From Bacillota bacterium (lineage in GTDB: Bacteria > Bacillota > Proteinivoracia > UBA4975), in the NCBI GenBank assembly GCA_012523545.1, contig JAAYIH010000009.1:1248-65247 (forward strand): 64,000 nt of DNA. The letters run 5' to 3'. The translations under genes and the position numbers were made by a program. The notes beneath the pieces are model-generated. The model worked only from the letters and a program-made list of their open reading frames with translations, was not told the DNA's origin and ran no database searches. Positions 20,873 to 31,952 of the stretch are shown piece by piece (positions within the stretch are counted from its first letter, which is position 1; every line of letters begins with the position of its first letter).

Positions 20873-21406
20873 TCACATCCCTCCCAGAATCCTGAAGATG
20901 AAGGCGGTGGCCAGCACCGCCGCTGCGGCGATGGTCCCCAGCTTGCCGCCGAAGCCTTCATAGACGGGCTGGACAAGGTAAAAGATAACCCCCACCAGCA
21001 CGCCGGTGCAAAAGACCATGGGCAGGTCTGCCAATATTGTTGGGGAGGACATGCCGGCAAAGGAAGCGGCGTAGGCCGTGGCCGCCAGGTTGCCCGGGAG
21101 GAACAAGGCCGCCAGCAGGCCCACCAGCCCCGACGCAACGCACGCGTCCAGGCCCAGGATGGTCCGCGAGGCCCAGGTCGCCGCGATGCCCGCCACCCCC
21201 GCAGCCAGGATGGGCAGCAATTTGCCTTCTGCCCGGCCGGGATTTTTCCGCAGGTCCAGGAAATGGAAAACAAGAGCACAAAGAAAAATGAGGCCGATTG
21301 CCGCCAGAACATACAGTTTCCATCCCCCGGTCCCGGCCAGGCTGCCCGCCAGGAGGCCCAGGCCGACCGCCGCCAGGATTATAAGGCTGATAACAGTCCT
21401 GCTCAC
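20873..21406 (-). CDS. Integral membrane protein, paralog A of the tandem pair (unknown family)
   Basis: 177 aa. GTG start immediately after the fdhD TAA (TAAGTG). Hydrophobic throughout. ...ASFAGMSSPTIL...EGFGGKLGTIAAAAVLATAFIF. Confidence 0.55.
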   Translation of the reverse strand: MSRTVISLIILAAVGLGLLAGSLAGTGGWKLYVLAAIGLIFLCALVFHFLDLRKNPGRAEGKLLPILAAGVAGIAATWASRTILGLDACVASGLVGLLAALFLPGNLAATAYAASFAGMSSPTILADLPMVFCTGVLVGVIFYLVQPVYEGFGGKLGTIAAAAVLATAFIFRILGGM

Positions 21407-22114
21407 TTACAATTCCACCCTCCAAGGATTGCAGTATATGTTAAAACGCTGGCCGCGGGCAAAGCCCACCAGGGTCAGGCCCGCCTCCTCCGCCATGGCC
21501 ACCGCCAGCGACGTCGGCGCCGCCCGGGATATCACCAGGCCGATGCCCATGCGCCGGCATTTGGTCACCACTGCAGCGGAAATCCGGCCGCTGATCAGCA
21601 GGCACAAACGGGAGGGGTCACGATCCTCCAGAACGATGTTGCCGGCCAGTTTGTCGATGGCATTGTGCCGGGCCACGTCCTCCCGAAAAACGAGGATTTT
21701 ATCCCCGGCCAGAGCCGCGGCGTGCACCGCCCCGGTTTCGCGAAACAGGGCGGAGGCGGTGGAGAACTCCGCCATGAGGCCGGTTATCCGGGACGAGGAA
21801 AGCCTGATGCCACCCGGCCCCTGCCGGCGGAGGGACTCCTCTCCGGCGGCCGCCGGCGCCAGTTCCAGGACGGCCTGCCTGCCCCCGGCGTCCAGGGCCA
21901 GCGCCCTGATGTCACTTTTGGAGGCCAGCAGGCCATTGTTGTACGCATAGCCCACCGCCAGCTCTTCCAGGTCAGCGGGAGTGGCAAACAGAGTTGTGCA
22001 CCGGCGGCCGTTGACGACGATGGTCAGCGGCCATTCCCTGGCCAGCCAGTCGGGCTTTTCCACAGCTTGTCCCTCGCTTACCGAGAGCACCAGGCGCTCT
22101 TCCTTTTGGTCCAT
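21407..22114 (-). CDS. fdhD: Formate dehydrogenase accessory sulfurtransferase FdhD
   Basis: 235 aa with conserved ...VARHNAIDKLAG... and ...LISGRISAAVVTKCRRMGI...LAVAMAEEAGLTLVGFARG. RBS GGGGAGGGA. Confidence 0.85.
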   Translation of the reverse strand: MDQKEERLVLSVSEGQAVEKPDWLAREWPLTIVVNGRRCTTLFATPADLEELAVGYAYNNGLLASKSDIRALALDAGGRQAVLELAPAAAGEESLRRQGPGGIRLSSSRITGLMAEFSTASALFRETGAVHAAALAGDKILVFREDVARHNAIDKLAGNIVLEDRDPSRLCLLISGRISAAVVTKCRRMGIGLVISRAAPTSLAVAMAEEAGLTLVGFARGQRFNIYCNPWRVEL

Positions 22115-22157
22115 GGCCGTCCCTCCCCGTACCGCCGGGAATTATTGACAAAAAAAA

Positions 22158-22252
22158 TGGCGGGAATGCATGGGAATCGAACCCACCGCGGACATACCCT
22201 GCCCGCTACTGGATTTGAAGTCCAGAGAGCCCACCAGGACTCATCCATTCCC
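22158..22252 (-). tRNA. selC: tRNA-Sec (selC), anticodon UCA, 95 nt with encoded CCA
   Basis: Minus-strand GGGAATGGATGAGTCCTGGTGGGCTCTCTGGACTTCAAATCCAGTAGCGGGCAGGGTATGTCCGCGGTGGGTTCGATTCCCATGCATTCCCGCCA. The anticodon arm CUGGACUUCAAAUCCAG is identical to E. coli selC. Long variable arm, GGTTCGATTCC T-arm, long acceptor stem. Confidence 0.9.
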
Positions 22253-22258
22253 GCTACT

Positions 22259-22287
22259 ATTATACTGTGCCCGCGGCCGGGAGGCAA
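22259..22287 (-). promoter_or_regulatory. Promoter of selC
   Basis: Minus-strand TTGCCT-17nt-TATAAT ending 6 nt before the tRNA 5' end. Confidence 0.5.
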
Positions 22288-22299
22288 GTTTTCCCCGGC

Positions 22300-23325
22300 T
22301 CACACCACCGCCAGCCGCTTGTCTCCGCCGGGGGGCAGCACGCGCCCGATGGGCCAACCCAGCCCGGCTGTGACCAGGGCGTCGGCATCCTTCGGCGGCA
22401 AACTGAAGAGCAGGCCGCCGGATGTCTGGGGGTCGAAGAGGAGGTCGACCTCGGCGCCGGACAGTTCCCGGACAAACTCCACCATGCCCTTGTTGTATTG
22501 CAGGTTGCGCTTGGCCCCGCCGGGCACCAGGCCCATTTCGGCGTGGTCCCGGGCGCCCGGGGCCAGCGGTACATTTTCCCAAATTATTTCCGCCCGGGTG
22601 TCGCTGGCCGTCATCATCTCCCCCAGGTGCCCCAGCAGGCCAAACCCGGTGATGTCAGTGCAGGCGTGGACTTCCAGCTCCCGGGCAGCCCGGGCGGCCC
22701 GGGCGTTGAGGGTCGTCATGATTTCGGTTATGGCCGCTACCTCCCCGGGGCTGGCCAGGCCTGCCTTGATGGCAGTACAGACAATGCCGCTGCCCAAAGG
22801 TTTGGTCAGCACCAGGGCATCCCCCGCCCGCGCCCCGGCATTGGTCCAGATGGCCCCGGGATGGACCAGGCCGTTGACAGCCAGGCCGTACATGGGGGTG
22901 TCGTCGGCGATGGAATGACCGCCGGCCAGGCGCGCCCCCGCCTCCTGGACTTTGTCGGCGCCGCCCCGGAGAATGGTCTCCAGCACCGCCAGGGGCAGGC
23001 AACGGGGAAAGGCCACTATGTTCAGTGCCAGCAACGGCTCGCCGCCCATGGCGTAGATGTCGCTGAGGGCGTTGGCCGCAGCCACCTGGCCAAAGGCATA
23101 GGGATCGTCCAGCATGGGCGTAAAGAAATCCAGGGTGCTGATCAAGGCCAGGTCGGGGCTGAGCTTGTACACAGCCGCATCGTCGGCGGTGTCCGCCCCC
23201 ACCAGCAGGCGTTCATCGGGTTTGAGGTTGAGACGGCCAAGGACGCTGGCCAGGTCCGCCGGACCCAGTTTAGCCCCTCAGCCGGCCGCCTCCACCATCT
23301 GGGTCAGGCGAATTTCTTCAGCCAC
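22300..23325 (-). CDS. selD: Selenide, water dikinase SelD (selenophosphate synthetase). A selenoprotein with an in-frame UGA at codon 16.
   Basis: Downstream part MGADTADDAAVYKLSPDLALISTLDFFTP...GGHSIAD... matches SelD. Extending upstream through TGA (23278-23280) gives VAEEIRLTQMVEAAG-U-GAKLGPADLASVL..., aligning with E. coli HGAGCGCKISPKVL where Cys17 is replaced by Sec. GTG start at 23323-23325 with AAGGAG upstream. Confidence 0.85.
23245..23280 (-). other. Sec UGA codon (23278-23280) plus a SECIS-like hairpin immediately 3' of it in the selD mRNA
   Basis: mRNA UGA GGGGCUAAA CUGGGUCC-GGC-GGACCUGG CCAG. The stem-loop starts 9 nt after the UGA. Confidence 0.6.
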
Positions 23326-24214
23326 GGAGATCACTCCTTAACAAAAATTGCACGAAGGCCTGCTGGGCCGCCGAACGGAGGCGCCGGGACTGAACCAGCC
23401 AGAAATTGCGCCGCAGTTCCAGTCCTTCGACGCACGCCCAGGCCAGGCGGCCGCTGTCGGTGTAGTCGGCAGCAGCCGCTTTGGACACCACCGCCACCCC
23501 CAGGCCGCGGGCGGCGGCTTCCAGCAGAGCCCTGGAGCTGCCCAGCTCCATTATTATCTTCATATCATCGGGATCATAGCCCCTTTCGGCCAGGGCCCTT
23601 TCCAGCACCTGCCTGGTGGCCGAACCCTGGGTGCGTTGCAACAGGGGCTGCGCCAGCAGGTCCTCAACGCCGACCTTGTTCTGCCGGGCCAGGCCATAGT
23701 CGGGGGCAAAGACCGCCACCAGCTGGTCTTCAAAGACGACCTGGGCTTCCAGGGCGTCATCCTGGGGCTGGTAACCCACCACCGCCAGGTCCAGCCTGCC
23801 GTCCAGCAGGGCAGAGACGATTTCTTCGCTGGACCCCACCTCCATGCGCACCTCCAGTTCGGGGTGCAGGGAGTGAAATTGGCACAGCAACTGCGGCAGC
23901 AGGTAGTCGCCGGGAGTGGTGCTGGCGCCCAGGGCCAGGCGGCCCTGGAGGCGCTGCCGCACACTTTCCAGTTTGTGCAGCACCGCCTGCCAGTCCTGCA
24001 GGAACCGGCGGGCCTGGGCATAGAGGATGGCCCCCGCTTCGGTGGTCTCCAGCTTATGCCCCCGGCGGCGGAAGAGCTCCACCCCCAGGTCCTGGGCCAG
24101 AGCCTGCATCTGCATGCTCACCGCCGGCTGGGACAGGTGCACCCGCTCGGCGGCCCGGGAAAAGTTACCCGCTTCCACCACGTGGACAAAGGTTTTGAGA
24201 AAGTTGAGGTTCAC
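23318..24214 (-). CDS. LysR-family transcriptional regulator
   Basis: N-terminal HTH VNLNFLKTFVHVVEAGNFSRAAERVHLSQPAVSMQMQALAQDLGVELF. C-terminal LysR substrate-binding domain. GTG start with GGGGGTGA RBS. Overlaps the selD start by 8 nt. Confidence 0.8.
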   Translation of the reverse strand: MNLNFLKTFVHVVEAGNFSRAAERVHLSQPAVSMQMQALAQDLGVELFRRRGHKLETTEAGAILYAQARRFLQDWQAVLHKLESVRQRLQGRLALGASTTPGDYLLPQLLCQFHSLHPELEVRMEVGSSEEIVSALLDGRLDLAVVGYQPQDDALEAQVVFEDQLVAVFAPDYGLARQNKVGVEDLLAQPLLQRTQGSATRQVLERALAERGYDPDDMKIIMELGSSRALLEAAARGLGVAVVSKAAAADYTDSGRLAWACVEGLELRRNFWLVQSRRLRSAAQQAFVQFLLRSDLRG

Positions 24215-24218
24215 GGTA

Positions 24219-26105
24219 TCACCCCCGCAGTTTCGCTCCGGGAATGCGCACATCCCCCCGGCGCCGGGTATAACCGGCGCCGTCCAGGTATTCCAGCAAG
24301 GGCAGGGCGTACTTGCGGCTGGTGCCCAAGTAGTCCCGGAACTGGGCCAGGGTCAGCTGGGCTTGGTCCTGGAAGTGCCGGGCCAGGCGCGCAACAGCCT
24401 CTTCCACCGCCTCCCGGGCAAATACCAGGTCTCCGGCCTGGATCAGAGCCCCTTCATCGCGCAAAAGCTGCACCACCGGCCCCACCTGGCCCAGTGCTTC
24501 CAGTTCCGCCCGCTCGGGGGGTGCAAAGAGGTTCCGGCGCACCAGGGCCAAAATTTGTTCCCTGAGTTGGGCCTGGGCCTCGTTCAGCTGCACCCGGTGC
24601 TCGGCCAGGGCCAGTTCCTGGCCGCGGATTTCAACGCCCGTGCCAGGCAGGGCGGCTTCCAGCAGGGCGGCAAAGCCGCGGCTGCTGAGGCCGGGCAACA
24701 GCCTGGTGCGCACCTCCTCCCGGGGCATGCCCTGGCGGAGGGGATGCTCCTGGTGCCACCGGGCCAACAGAGCGCGCAGATCCTGGCTGAACTGCCGGCT
24801 TTCGCTGAAATACCAGGTCTCGCCGTCGGCGGCGAAGCTGAGCACCGCCTGCCCTAGTTGGGCCAGACCCGCATCCAGTTCGGCGGGGGCCAGCTGGGTG
24901 CGGGCCAGCAGCTGACTCCGGGACAGGGGACGACCGGCCTCCTGGAGATAGGAGAGGGTCACGGCGGCAGGCTGGCCTTTCTCCCGCACCAGCAAGTTGC
25001 GCACCACCGCCTCCTTGCGCCGGCTGAGGCGGCGCCGGCCCGTCTCGATAATCTCGCCGCCGCCGATGGTGGTCACCGGCGACCACGACCGGATTACATA
25101 GCGGTCGCCCCGCACGGCCACCACCGGTTCGTTGAGGCGGAATTGCACCAGAGCGTCGCCGCCGGGTTCCAGCACATCTGTGCCCAGCAACACCGCCCGG
25201 CCCAGGGTCTCGCTGGACCCGCAGTGAAAGCGGATGCGGCTGTTGGTAACCAGGGGCGGCGCCGAGGGCAACAGTTTGAGGCGGGCGGCGACCTTGTCCA
25301 CCGCCTCCAGCCCCTGGCCTTTAAAGAGGACCTGGCCCCGGCGCACATCCTGCCTTTCCACCCCGGCCAGGTTCACCGCCACCCGTTGCCCCGGCTCGGC
25401 CCGGGCCACCTGGTTGCCGTGAACCTGGAGCTGGCGTACCCGGGCCTGGATTTCGCCGGGCATCAACAGCACCTGGTCCCCCTCCCGGAGGGGACCGTCC
25501 AGCAAGGTCCCCGTAACTACGGTGCCAAAACCCTTGAGGACGAAGGCCCGGTCCACCGGCAGCCGGGAAAAGCTGCGCCGGGGCCGGGGCGGCGCGCTGC
25601 CGACGGCCTGGACAATGGCCTCCCGCAGCTGATCCAGACCCTGTCCTGTGGGAGCGGCAACCCGGATGCGGGGCGCCGATTCCAGGAAAGTCCCGGCCAG
25701 GGTCTCGGCGATATCCGCTTCGGCCAGTTCCGCCGTTTCCTCGTCCACCAGGTCCACCTTGGTAATAACCACAATGCCCGCCTTTACGCCCAGGAATTCC
25801 AGAATGGCCAGGTGTTCCCGGGTCTGGGGCATGACGCCTTCATCGGCGGCCACCACCAGCAGGACCAGATCGATGCCGGCAGCGCCGGCCAGCATGTTCT
25901 TGACAAAGCGTTCGTGTCCCGGCACGTCGATGATGCCTGCCCGGCGCCCGTCGGGCAGGTCAAACCAGGCAAAACCCAGTTCGATGGTGATACCCCGTTG
26001 CTGTTCCTGCTGGAGACGGTCGGTGTCGATGCCTGTCAGGGCCCGGATCAGGGTGGTCTTGCCGTGGTCGACGTGGCCGGCGGTACCGATAATTACATTA
26101 CCCAT
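24219..26105 (-). CDS. selB: Selenocysteine-specific elongation factor SelB
   Basis: [31 protein letters not shown]...DVPGHERF is the GTPase domain. Long C-terminal winged-helix extension. ATG at 26103-26105 with GGAGGGGGAG RBS. The upstream ORF extension is rejected. Confidence 0.9.
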   Translation of the reverse strand: MGNVIIGTAGHVDHGKTTLIRALTGIDTDRLQQEQQRGITIELGFAWFDLPDGRRAGIIDVPGHERFVKNMLAGAAGIDLVLLVVAADEGVMPQTREHLAILEFLGVKAGIVVITKVDLVDEETAELAEADIAETLAGTFLESAPRIRVAAPTGQGLDQLREAIVQAVGSAPPRPRRSFSRLPVDRAFVLKGFGTVVTGTLLDGPLREGDQVLLMPGEIQARVRQLQVHGNQVARAEPGQRVAVNLAGVERQDVRRGQVLFKGQGLEAVDKVAARLKLLPSAPPLVTNSRIRFHCGSSETLGRAVLLGTDVLEPGGDALVQFRLNEPVVAVRGDRYVIRSWSPVTTIGGGEIIETGRRRLSRRKEAVVRNLLVREKGQPAAVTLSYLQEAGRPLSRSQLLARTQLAPAELDAGLAQLGQAVLSFAADGETWYFSESRQFSQDLRALLARWHQEHPLRQGMPREEVRTRLLPGLSSRGFAALLEAALPGTGVEIRGQELALAEHRVQLNEAQAQLREQILALVRRNLFAPPERAELEALGQVGPVVQLLRDEGALIQAGDLVFAREAVEEAVARLARHFQDQAQLTLAQFRDYLGTSRKYALPLLEYLDGAGYTRRRGDVRIPGAKLRG

Positions 26106-27477
26106 TTTGCTCCCCCTCCAGGACTGCCGCCACTGCCGCAGCTGCCATGGGGATTTCTGCGGCGCCGACGGTGCGCAGGTCCAGCAGCACCGGCTCATCC
26201 CGCACCCGGGCCACAACCGGCACCCGTGCCCGGCGCAGCGCCGCCGCCAGCTCCCGGGCCGGCCGGGCCGAGGTAATCTTTACCGCCCTGGTTTCCAGCT
26301 GATGCAGGGGCAGAGCGCCGCCCCCCACCGGGCTGGTTTCGGCCACCACCTCCACCTTCAGGGGCAGGGCAGCCAGGGCACCTGCCAGCTCCCGGGCCCG
26401 CGCCTCCACGGCTTCCAGGGGCTCGGTGAGCATGGCCAGCACCGGAACCTTTTTCCAGCCCCCATTTTCCACATACAACGCCAGCGTGGCGGACAGGGCG
26501 GCCAGAGTTACCTTGTCGCAGCGCAGGGCCCGGGCCAGGGGATGCTTCCTGAGCCGGTCTATCCACTTTTTGGCCCCCACCACAATGCCGCACTGGGGCC
26601 CCCCCAGCATCTTGTCGCCGCTGAAGCAGACCAGGTCGGCCCCGGCTTCCACGCTTTCCTGCACCGTGGGCTCGTCAATGCCGTATGGGCGCAGGTCCAC
26701 CAGAGTGCCGCTGCCCAGGTCGTCCAGCACCGGCAGGTTGTATTCCCGCCCCAGGGCCACCAGTTCGGCCAGGGTCACTTCGTGCTGAAAACCCACCACC
26801 CGGTAATTGGAAGGGTGCACCCGCATCAGCACGCCGGTTTCGGCGGTGATGGCACGGCGGTAGTCGTCCAGGTAGGTCTTGTTGGTGGTACCCACTTCCA
26901 CCAGGCGCACGCCGCTCTGCTCCATCACTTCCGGCACCCGGAAGGAGCCGCCGATCTCCACCAGTTGTCCCCGGGAAATGATGCCCTCCTTGCCTCTGGC
27001 CACTGCGGCCAGGGCCAGGAGCACGGCGGCAGCGTTGTTGTTGACGGCCAGGGCGGCCTCGGCCCCGGTGAGGCGGCAGAGGAGCTCTTCCACGTGGGCG
27101 TGGCGCGAGCCCCGCTCCCCCGAGTCCATATCCATCTCCAGGTTGCAGTAACCGGCAGCGGCCGCAGCGGCTTCGACGGCTTCCGGGGCCAGGGGCGACC
27201 GGCCCAAGTTGGTGTGGATGATGACCCCGGTGGCGTTGATGACGCGGCCGGGGCCGGCCTGGGTAAGCTGCGCCAAACGGAGCTCCACCCGGCGGCGCAG
27301 TTCCGCGGCCGTGGGCACTGCGGTGTCGCCGGCCAGGATGGCCCGGCGGGCCCGGTCCAGTTCCCCTTCCAGAGCAGCTTTGACCTGGGTCCGGGTATAC
27401 CGTTGCATCAGTCCCGCCCACTCGGCGCTGTCCAGCAGGCTGCCCACCTGGGGCAGTTTGCTGAGGTATGCCTGCAT
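26098..27477 (-). CDS. selA: L-seryl-tRNA(Sec) selenium transferase SelA
   Basis: 459 aa ...[19 protein letters not shown]...[17 protein letters not shown]... RBS AGGAGGG. AT-rich promoter region at 27480-27545. Confidence 0.9.
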   Translation of the reverse strand: MQAYLSKLPQVGSLLDSAEWAGLMQRYTRTQVKAALEGELDRARRAILAGDTAVPTAAELRRRVELRLAQLTQAGPGRVINATGVIIHTNLGRSPLAPEAVEAAAAAAGYCNLEMDMDSGERGSRHAHVEELLCRLTGAEAALAVNNNAAAVLLALAAVARGKEGIISRGQLVEIGGSFRVPEVMEQSGVRLVEVGTTNKTYLDDYRRAITAETGVLMRVHPSNYRVVGFQHEVTLAELVALGREYNLPVLDDLGSGTLVDLRPYGIDEPTVQESVEAGADLVCFSGDKMLGGPQCGIVVGAKKWIDRLRKHPLARALRCDKVTLAALSATLALYVENGGWKKVPVLAMLTEPLEAVEARARELAGALAALPLKVEVVAETSPVGGGALPLHQLETRAVKITSARPARELAAALRRARVPVVARVRDEPVLLDLRTVGAAEIPMAAAAVAAVLEGEQNG

Positions 27478-27595
27478 TTATTTCCCTCCTTGCCCGTAAA
27501 GACCAAAGTTCCAATTAATGATATTATAATATATTTTTATATACCAGTCGAGCAAACACCAAGGGCCCTGCCCGGGGGCAAGGCCCTTCTCTCCG

Positions 27596-30202
27596 TCACT
27601 TTTTGCGCTTGGCGGCCAGCAGCCTCTCCATGACCTCGTCGGCCTTTTCTTCCTCCGCCGGCGGGGCGGGCCTGACTTTGCCCCGCCGCCTGCCCCTTCC
27701 CGGCAAGCCGCCGAAGCGGCGCAGGGCTATATCCGCCGGCCACAGGACGATGGCGGCCAGCGCCAGCCACCAGGTAATGTCGGTGGACTTGCGGGGCGGA
27801 GCAGCCTTGACATTAAAGACCTCCTGCGGCTCGCTCAGCACCCGGCCGCCGGTTTGGGCGGCGATTTGCTCCAGCAAGCCGCGCCCGGAATAACGCTGGA
27901 TCTGAAATTCCGGCGGGTACGGCACGGCGAAGCCGCCCAGGGCCTGGGCGACGACAACGCCGTCCCGGCGCCGGGTGGCGCTGAGGAGGTAGACTCCCTG
28001 GCCTGCCTGCTCCAGGCTGGCGGTGTACATGCCCCGGCCGGCGGGAAGCAATTCCAGTTCACGCTCATTGCCCCGGGCATCCACCAGCGTCACCGCCAGG
28101 CTCTCCCCCTCTTCCAGGGGGCTGGTCAGGGCGGATATCTCCACCCCGGCGCCCTGCAGGCGCGATTCCAGGGCAATGTCCCCGCTGGAACCGCTGGGGG
28201 TTACCCAGCTCAGGATGTCCAGCCACAGGCTGGCAAACCCGGGATGGGCCAGGAAATCCATGCTCCACATCCCGTACGTGTCGCTGGTGAAGGCCACCGC
28301 CCGGCCCAGGCCGTACTGCCAGCGGGCCAGAAGCGGGTGGTCCCGGTGGGTGCCCAGAAGCACTTCAGCCAGCGGCTTGGCGGTGGAGGCGATGTAGCCA
28401 CCGAAACCGGGCATATCTCCCGCCAGGGCTACGGCGTCGGGATGGAGCAGGACAGGGACAAAGGGCTCCTCCACCAGCCACTCTCCCCCCGCCAGCACCG
28501 TCTCCTGGATGAAAATCTCGGGCAGGTCCCGGCCCTGGAGAGCTTCATAGGAACGGCCGTTGCCCTCTTCGGCCAGGAAGCGCATGTGCCGGCTATCGGC
28601 CTGCTCGCCCAGGGCAATGGTGCTGATGGATATACCCCCCGCCCGGGCCCGTTCCAGCAGGCTCTGGTAATTAAACTGGCTCCCCTCCTGGCCGTCGCTG
28701 AGGAGGATGATGTGCTTGGCCTTGGTACTGCCCTCCAGCATTCGCACCGCCGCCTCCAGGGCGTGGTAGATTACAGTGCCTCCTCCTTCTCTGATTCCCC
28801 TGATGACCTCTGCTATTTTTTCCTTGTCGGCGAGGGGAGTGAGGCCAATCTCCTCATAGTAACTGGTGTCGAAGGTTATTACGCCCAGGCGATCCCGTTC
28901 CTTGAGGACATCCAGGGCGCGCAGAGCAGCGTTTTTGGCCATATTCAGCTTTTCGCCGGCCATGCTGCTGGACTTGTCGATGACCAGGACCATGTCCAGG
29001 CCGGGCAACTCTTCCTTTTGCTCCACTTCCATACTGACGGGCAACAGCTCTTCCAGCGGGGTGTCCTGGTACATACCCAGGCCAAAGGAAGTCCTGCCGC
29101 CCGTGGCCACCAGGCCGCCCCCCAGCACCCGGACAAAGTTTTCCAGGGCCTGCATTTCCGCCTCCTGAAGGGCGTAGGCCGGCACATCGGCCAGAACCAC
29201 CGCCCTGTAAGCGGCCAGGGCGACGGGGGAGAGATCTGCGTTGTCGGCGGGCCGGGTGTCCACCGCCAGGCCCGCGGCGGTAAGGGCCCCGGTCAGGGCC
29301 GCGCCCTTGCCGGGCCTGCCCTCCACCACCAGCACCCGGGGCGGGGCCTGGACAAAGGTAAGGCCGTCCATGGAGTTGTTGCGCGCTTCGGTATCCACGG
29401 CAGGCTCGATGCTGGCCCGCACCCGTTGCAGATTCTGCCCCTGCACCACCAGGGGAACCGAAAAGGACTGGCTGCCCGGGGACAGCTCCACCTCAGTCCG
29501 GAAAACCAGGTTGCTGCCCCAAAATACCATCAGCTCTGCCGCTGTGGCCACCGTGGATTCCACCGTCACCTCGGCCACCACCTCCTGGCCCGGCCAGGTG
29601 TTCTTGGGCAGCGCAATATTGCCCACGGCCACTTCATCCCCCTGTTCGGTGCTAAGGGGGAGAACGTCGACGGGAATGCCCGCCCTGGCCAGCAGCTCGG
29701 CCTGAGCCAGGGCGTCGCCGCTGTTCTCCAGGCCGTCGCTGATGAGGACGATGCGGCTGCCGCTGCCCGGCAGCAGGCTGTAAGCCGTTTCCAGAGCCCT
29801 TTGCAAATCTGTAAACTCTGCATCCACCTCTGCCCCGGTGACGGGCAACCCTGCCATGGCAAAGGGCTTGAGCAGGCGGGTGTCGCGGCCGAAAGCCACC
29901 ACTGCAGCCCGGTCCTTTGGCCCCATGGCCTTTAGGCTGCGGCTGATCCAGGGAATATAGTCTTCACCCCTGGCGCTGTGGGACCGGTCCAGGAGGTAGA
30001 CGACACTGAATCCCGGCACCGCTGTCACCAGGTGAGGCCCGGCCAGGGCCAGCACCAGGAGGGCGATGATGGCTCCCCGCAGGGCCAGAATTAACGCCCG
30101 GGAGCCCGGGGGATAGCGACGGCGCCCGTTGTACACCGCCAGCAGCACAGCACCCGGAAGCAAAAGCAAGAGGTACCAGGGACTGGCGAAGCTAAGACCC
30201 AT
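27596..30202 (-). CDS. BatB-like membrane protein with two von Willebrand factor A domains
   Basis: 868 aa. N-terminal TM. vWA-like cores [15 protein letters not shown] and [17 protein letters not shown]-terminal TM and basic tail. Overlaps the upstream gene by 11 nt. Confidence 0.8.
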   Translation of the reverse strand: MGLSFASPWYLLLLLPGAVLLAVYNGRRRYPPGSRALILALRGAIIALLVLALAGPHLVTAVPGFSVVYLLDRSHSARGEDYIPWISRSLKAMGPKDRAAVVAFGRDTRLLKPFAMAGLPVTGAEVDAEFTDLQRALETAYSLLPGSGSRIVLISDGLENSGDALAQAELLARAGIPVDVLPLSTEQGDEVAVGNIALPKNTWPGQEVVAEVTVESTVATAAELMVFWGSNLVFRTEVELSPGSQSFSVPLVVQGQNLQRVRASIEPAVDTEARNNSMDGLTFVQAPPRVLVVEGRPGKGAALTGALTAAGLAVDTRPADNADLSPVALAAYRAVVLADVPAYALQEAEMQALENFVRVLGGGLVATGGRTSFGLGMYQDTPLEELLPVSMEVEQKEELPGLDMVLVIDKSSSMAGEKLNMAKNAALRALDVLKERDRLGVITFDTSYYEEIGLTPLADKEKIAEVIRGIREGGGTVIYHALEAAVRMLEGSTKAKHIILLSDGQEGSQFNYQSLLERARAGGISISTIALGEQADSRHMRFLAEEGNGRSYEALQGRDLPEIFIQETVLAGGEWLVEEPFVPVLLHPDAVALAGDMPGFGGYIASTAKPLAEVLLGTHRDHPLLARWQYGLGRAVAFTSDTYGMWSMDFLAHPGFASLWLDILSWVTPSGSSGDIALESRLQGAGVEISALTSPLEEGESLAVTLVDARGNERELELLPAGRGMYTASLEQAGQGVYLLSATRRRDGVVVAQALGGFAVPYPPEFQIQRYSGRGLLEQIAAQTGGRVLSEPQEVFNVKAAPPRKSTDITWWLALAAIVLWPADIALRRFGGLPGRGRRRGKVRPAPPAEEEKADEVMERLLAAKRKK

Positions 30203-31937
30203 AGTTATCCACCCCCCATTCCAGCGCCACCAGCACCAGGGCGACCAGGAGCAGCGGCCAGAGCAGCGGGGTCTTGGCCACGCTCAGGGTCCCCGCCACC
30301 GACCCGGCTGCCGTCTCCAGTTCCCGGCGGGCGGCCAGGGAATCGGTCACCACCGGAGCGTTGACGGCCACCGTCTGCTCCCCTTCCGGCGACCGGTAAA
30401 CATATACGCCGGCCCTCAGCCTTGTGCCCGCCGTCAATGGTTCTGAAGCGCCGGCGGGCAGCAGGGAGACGTCGCCGCCCGGAACGGCCTGGCCGAATTT
30501 GAGCGGCACCGGCGGCTGGCTGTGGCCGGTAAAGCGCTCCAGGATGTTGCGCAGCAAGATGGGAAAGGCGGGGCGCAGGGGCAGGTCTCCTGCCTGCACG
30601 GCGAAGCCAAAGACCACCAGGGGGCAGCCCTGTTGCTGGTACTCGCTGGCCAGCAAGCCCCGGTCGCTTTCCAGCAATCCGCTTCCTCCCACCACCGTCT
30701 TACCGAAACCGATGCTTACTTCGCTGAAATCGGCATAGGTCATAAGGGGATGGGGCAGGGGACGCAGTGCAGAAATCTGTACCGGCGGCCCCGTGCCGAA
30801 GTGGGGATTGGGGTGGGGCGGATCGAAGACCAGCACCGGGGCAGCGGGCAATTCCCCGGGCAAAAATCCGTCCAGGACAAAGACATCGTACAGCTCCGCC
30901 ATCTCCGGCGTATAGGCTTCGGGAGCGACGCGGCTGACCGTCAGGCGGGGAAAGAGGAGCAGGCCCCGCTCCAAAAAGAGGTTGCCGGCGCTGACCAGGA
31001 GCAGGCGCCGGGGTCTGTCGCTCCGGGTCAGAGCGTAAAATTCATTGTCCAGAGCCACCTGGTCGTCGGCGCTGATGAGCACAGCCTTGTACCAGGAGCT
31101 TTGCGGCAAATTGCGCCACACCAGCACCTTCCGCTCCCCCGGGGGCAACTCCACCCCGCGGCGTCCCACCGGAACCCCGGCGGCATCCCGCACCTCCACC
31201 TGAGCGGCAAGGGGCCTGGTGCCGTTGTTGTATACGCTGACATAAACCTGTTCGCCGTCGGCCACCACATCTTCCAGCAAGAGGTTGCCCACCTCGGCGC
31301 CGCCCACGGCGACAAAACTGAAGTCGGCCTCGGGAAGGCGGGCAAAGGAGCTGAAGCAGCCGGCGCTGAAAAGTATGACATGGGCGCCGCCCTCCGCCTT
31401 GGCCATATTCTCCGCCAGGGCCAGGGCGGCATCGAGATTGGCCCGGGCCGAATCCACCTGTATCCGGTCCAGGGCCTGGAGCAGCGTAGCGGCATTGACG
31501 TTGAAGCCGCTGACCACAACAGCTTCTTCACCCATGGCAATAAGGGCCAGGCGGTCTCCCGGAGCCTTGCCCCTGATCATGGCCCTGACCTGGTCCTTGG
31601 CCAGTTCCAGGCGCGTCCCGCCCTTTTCGGCCACCGCCATGGACATGGAAGTATCTATAATTATGACGCTGGTCCGGCTGACACCGCCGATGACGGTGAC
31701 CACCGGCCGGGCCAGGGCCAAAACCAAAACCAGGGCGACGAGAATCTGCAAAGCCAGGAGCAGGCTGCGCAGCAGTCTGGACAGGCGCAGGGCAGGGATG
31801 TTGAGGCGTTCCAGGCGCAGCCAGAGCATGATGCTGGACACCGTTTGGGGGCGGGTGCGCTTTTTTAACATGTACAGCAGAATGATTGCCGGAATTGCCA
31901 GCCCTGCCAGCAGGGCCAGGGGCGTCAGCAGCGTCAT
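30192..31937 (-). CDS. BatA-like vWA-domain membrane protein
   Basis: 581 aa. MTLLTPLALLAGLAIPAIILLYMLKKR is the classic BatA N-terminal motif. vWA core VIIIDTSMSMAVAEKGGTRL. Confidence 0.8.
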   Translation of the reverse strand: MTLLTPLALLAGLAIPAIILLYMLKKRTRPQTVSSIMLWLRLERLNIPALRLSRLLRSLLLALQILVALVLVLALARPVVTVIGGVSRTSVIIIDTSMSMAVAEKGGTRLELAKDQVRAMIRGKAPGDRLALIAMGEEAVVVSGFNVNAATLLQALDRIQVDSARANLDAALALAENMAKAEGGAHVILFSAGCFSSFARLPEADFSFVAVGGAEVGNLLLEDVVADGEQVYVSVYNNGTRPLAAQVEVRDAAGVPVGRRGVELPPGERKVLVWRNLPQSSWYKAVLISADDQVALDNEFYALTRSDRPRRLLLVSAGNLFLERGLLLFPRLTVSRVAPEAYTPEMAELYDVFVLDGFLPGELPAAPVLVFDPPHPNPHFGTGPPVQISALRPLPHPLMTYADFSEVSIGFGKTVVGGSGLLESDRGLLASEYQQQGCPLVVFGFAVQAGDLPLRPAFPILLRNILERFTGHSQPPVPLKFGQAVPGGDVSLLPAGASEPLTAGTRLRAGVYVYRSPEGEQTVAVNAPVVTDSLAARRELETAAGSVAGTLSVAKTPLLWPLLLVALVLVALEWGVDNYGS

Positions 31938-31952
31938 GCGCCCTCCCTCCTT

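Noticed and set aside
22115-22157. Possible independent promoter for fdhD between selC and fdhD
   Set aside because: There is only a T-run plus TTGTCA with no convincing -10. fdhD is more likely read through from the selC promoter or the tRNA is processed from a longer transcript. Left unannotated.
25648-27633. 661-aa plus-strand ORF
   Set aside because: Antisense to selB and selA. The translation is low-complexity and Ala/Gly/Pro-rich.
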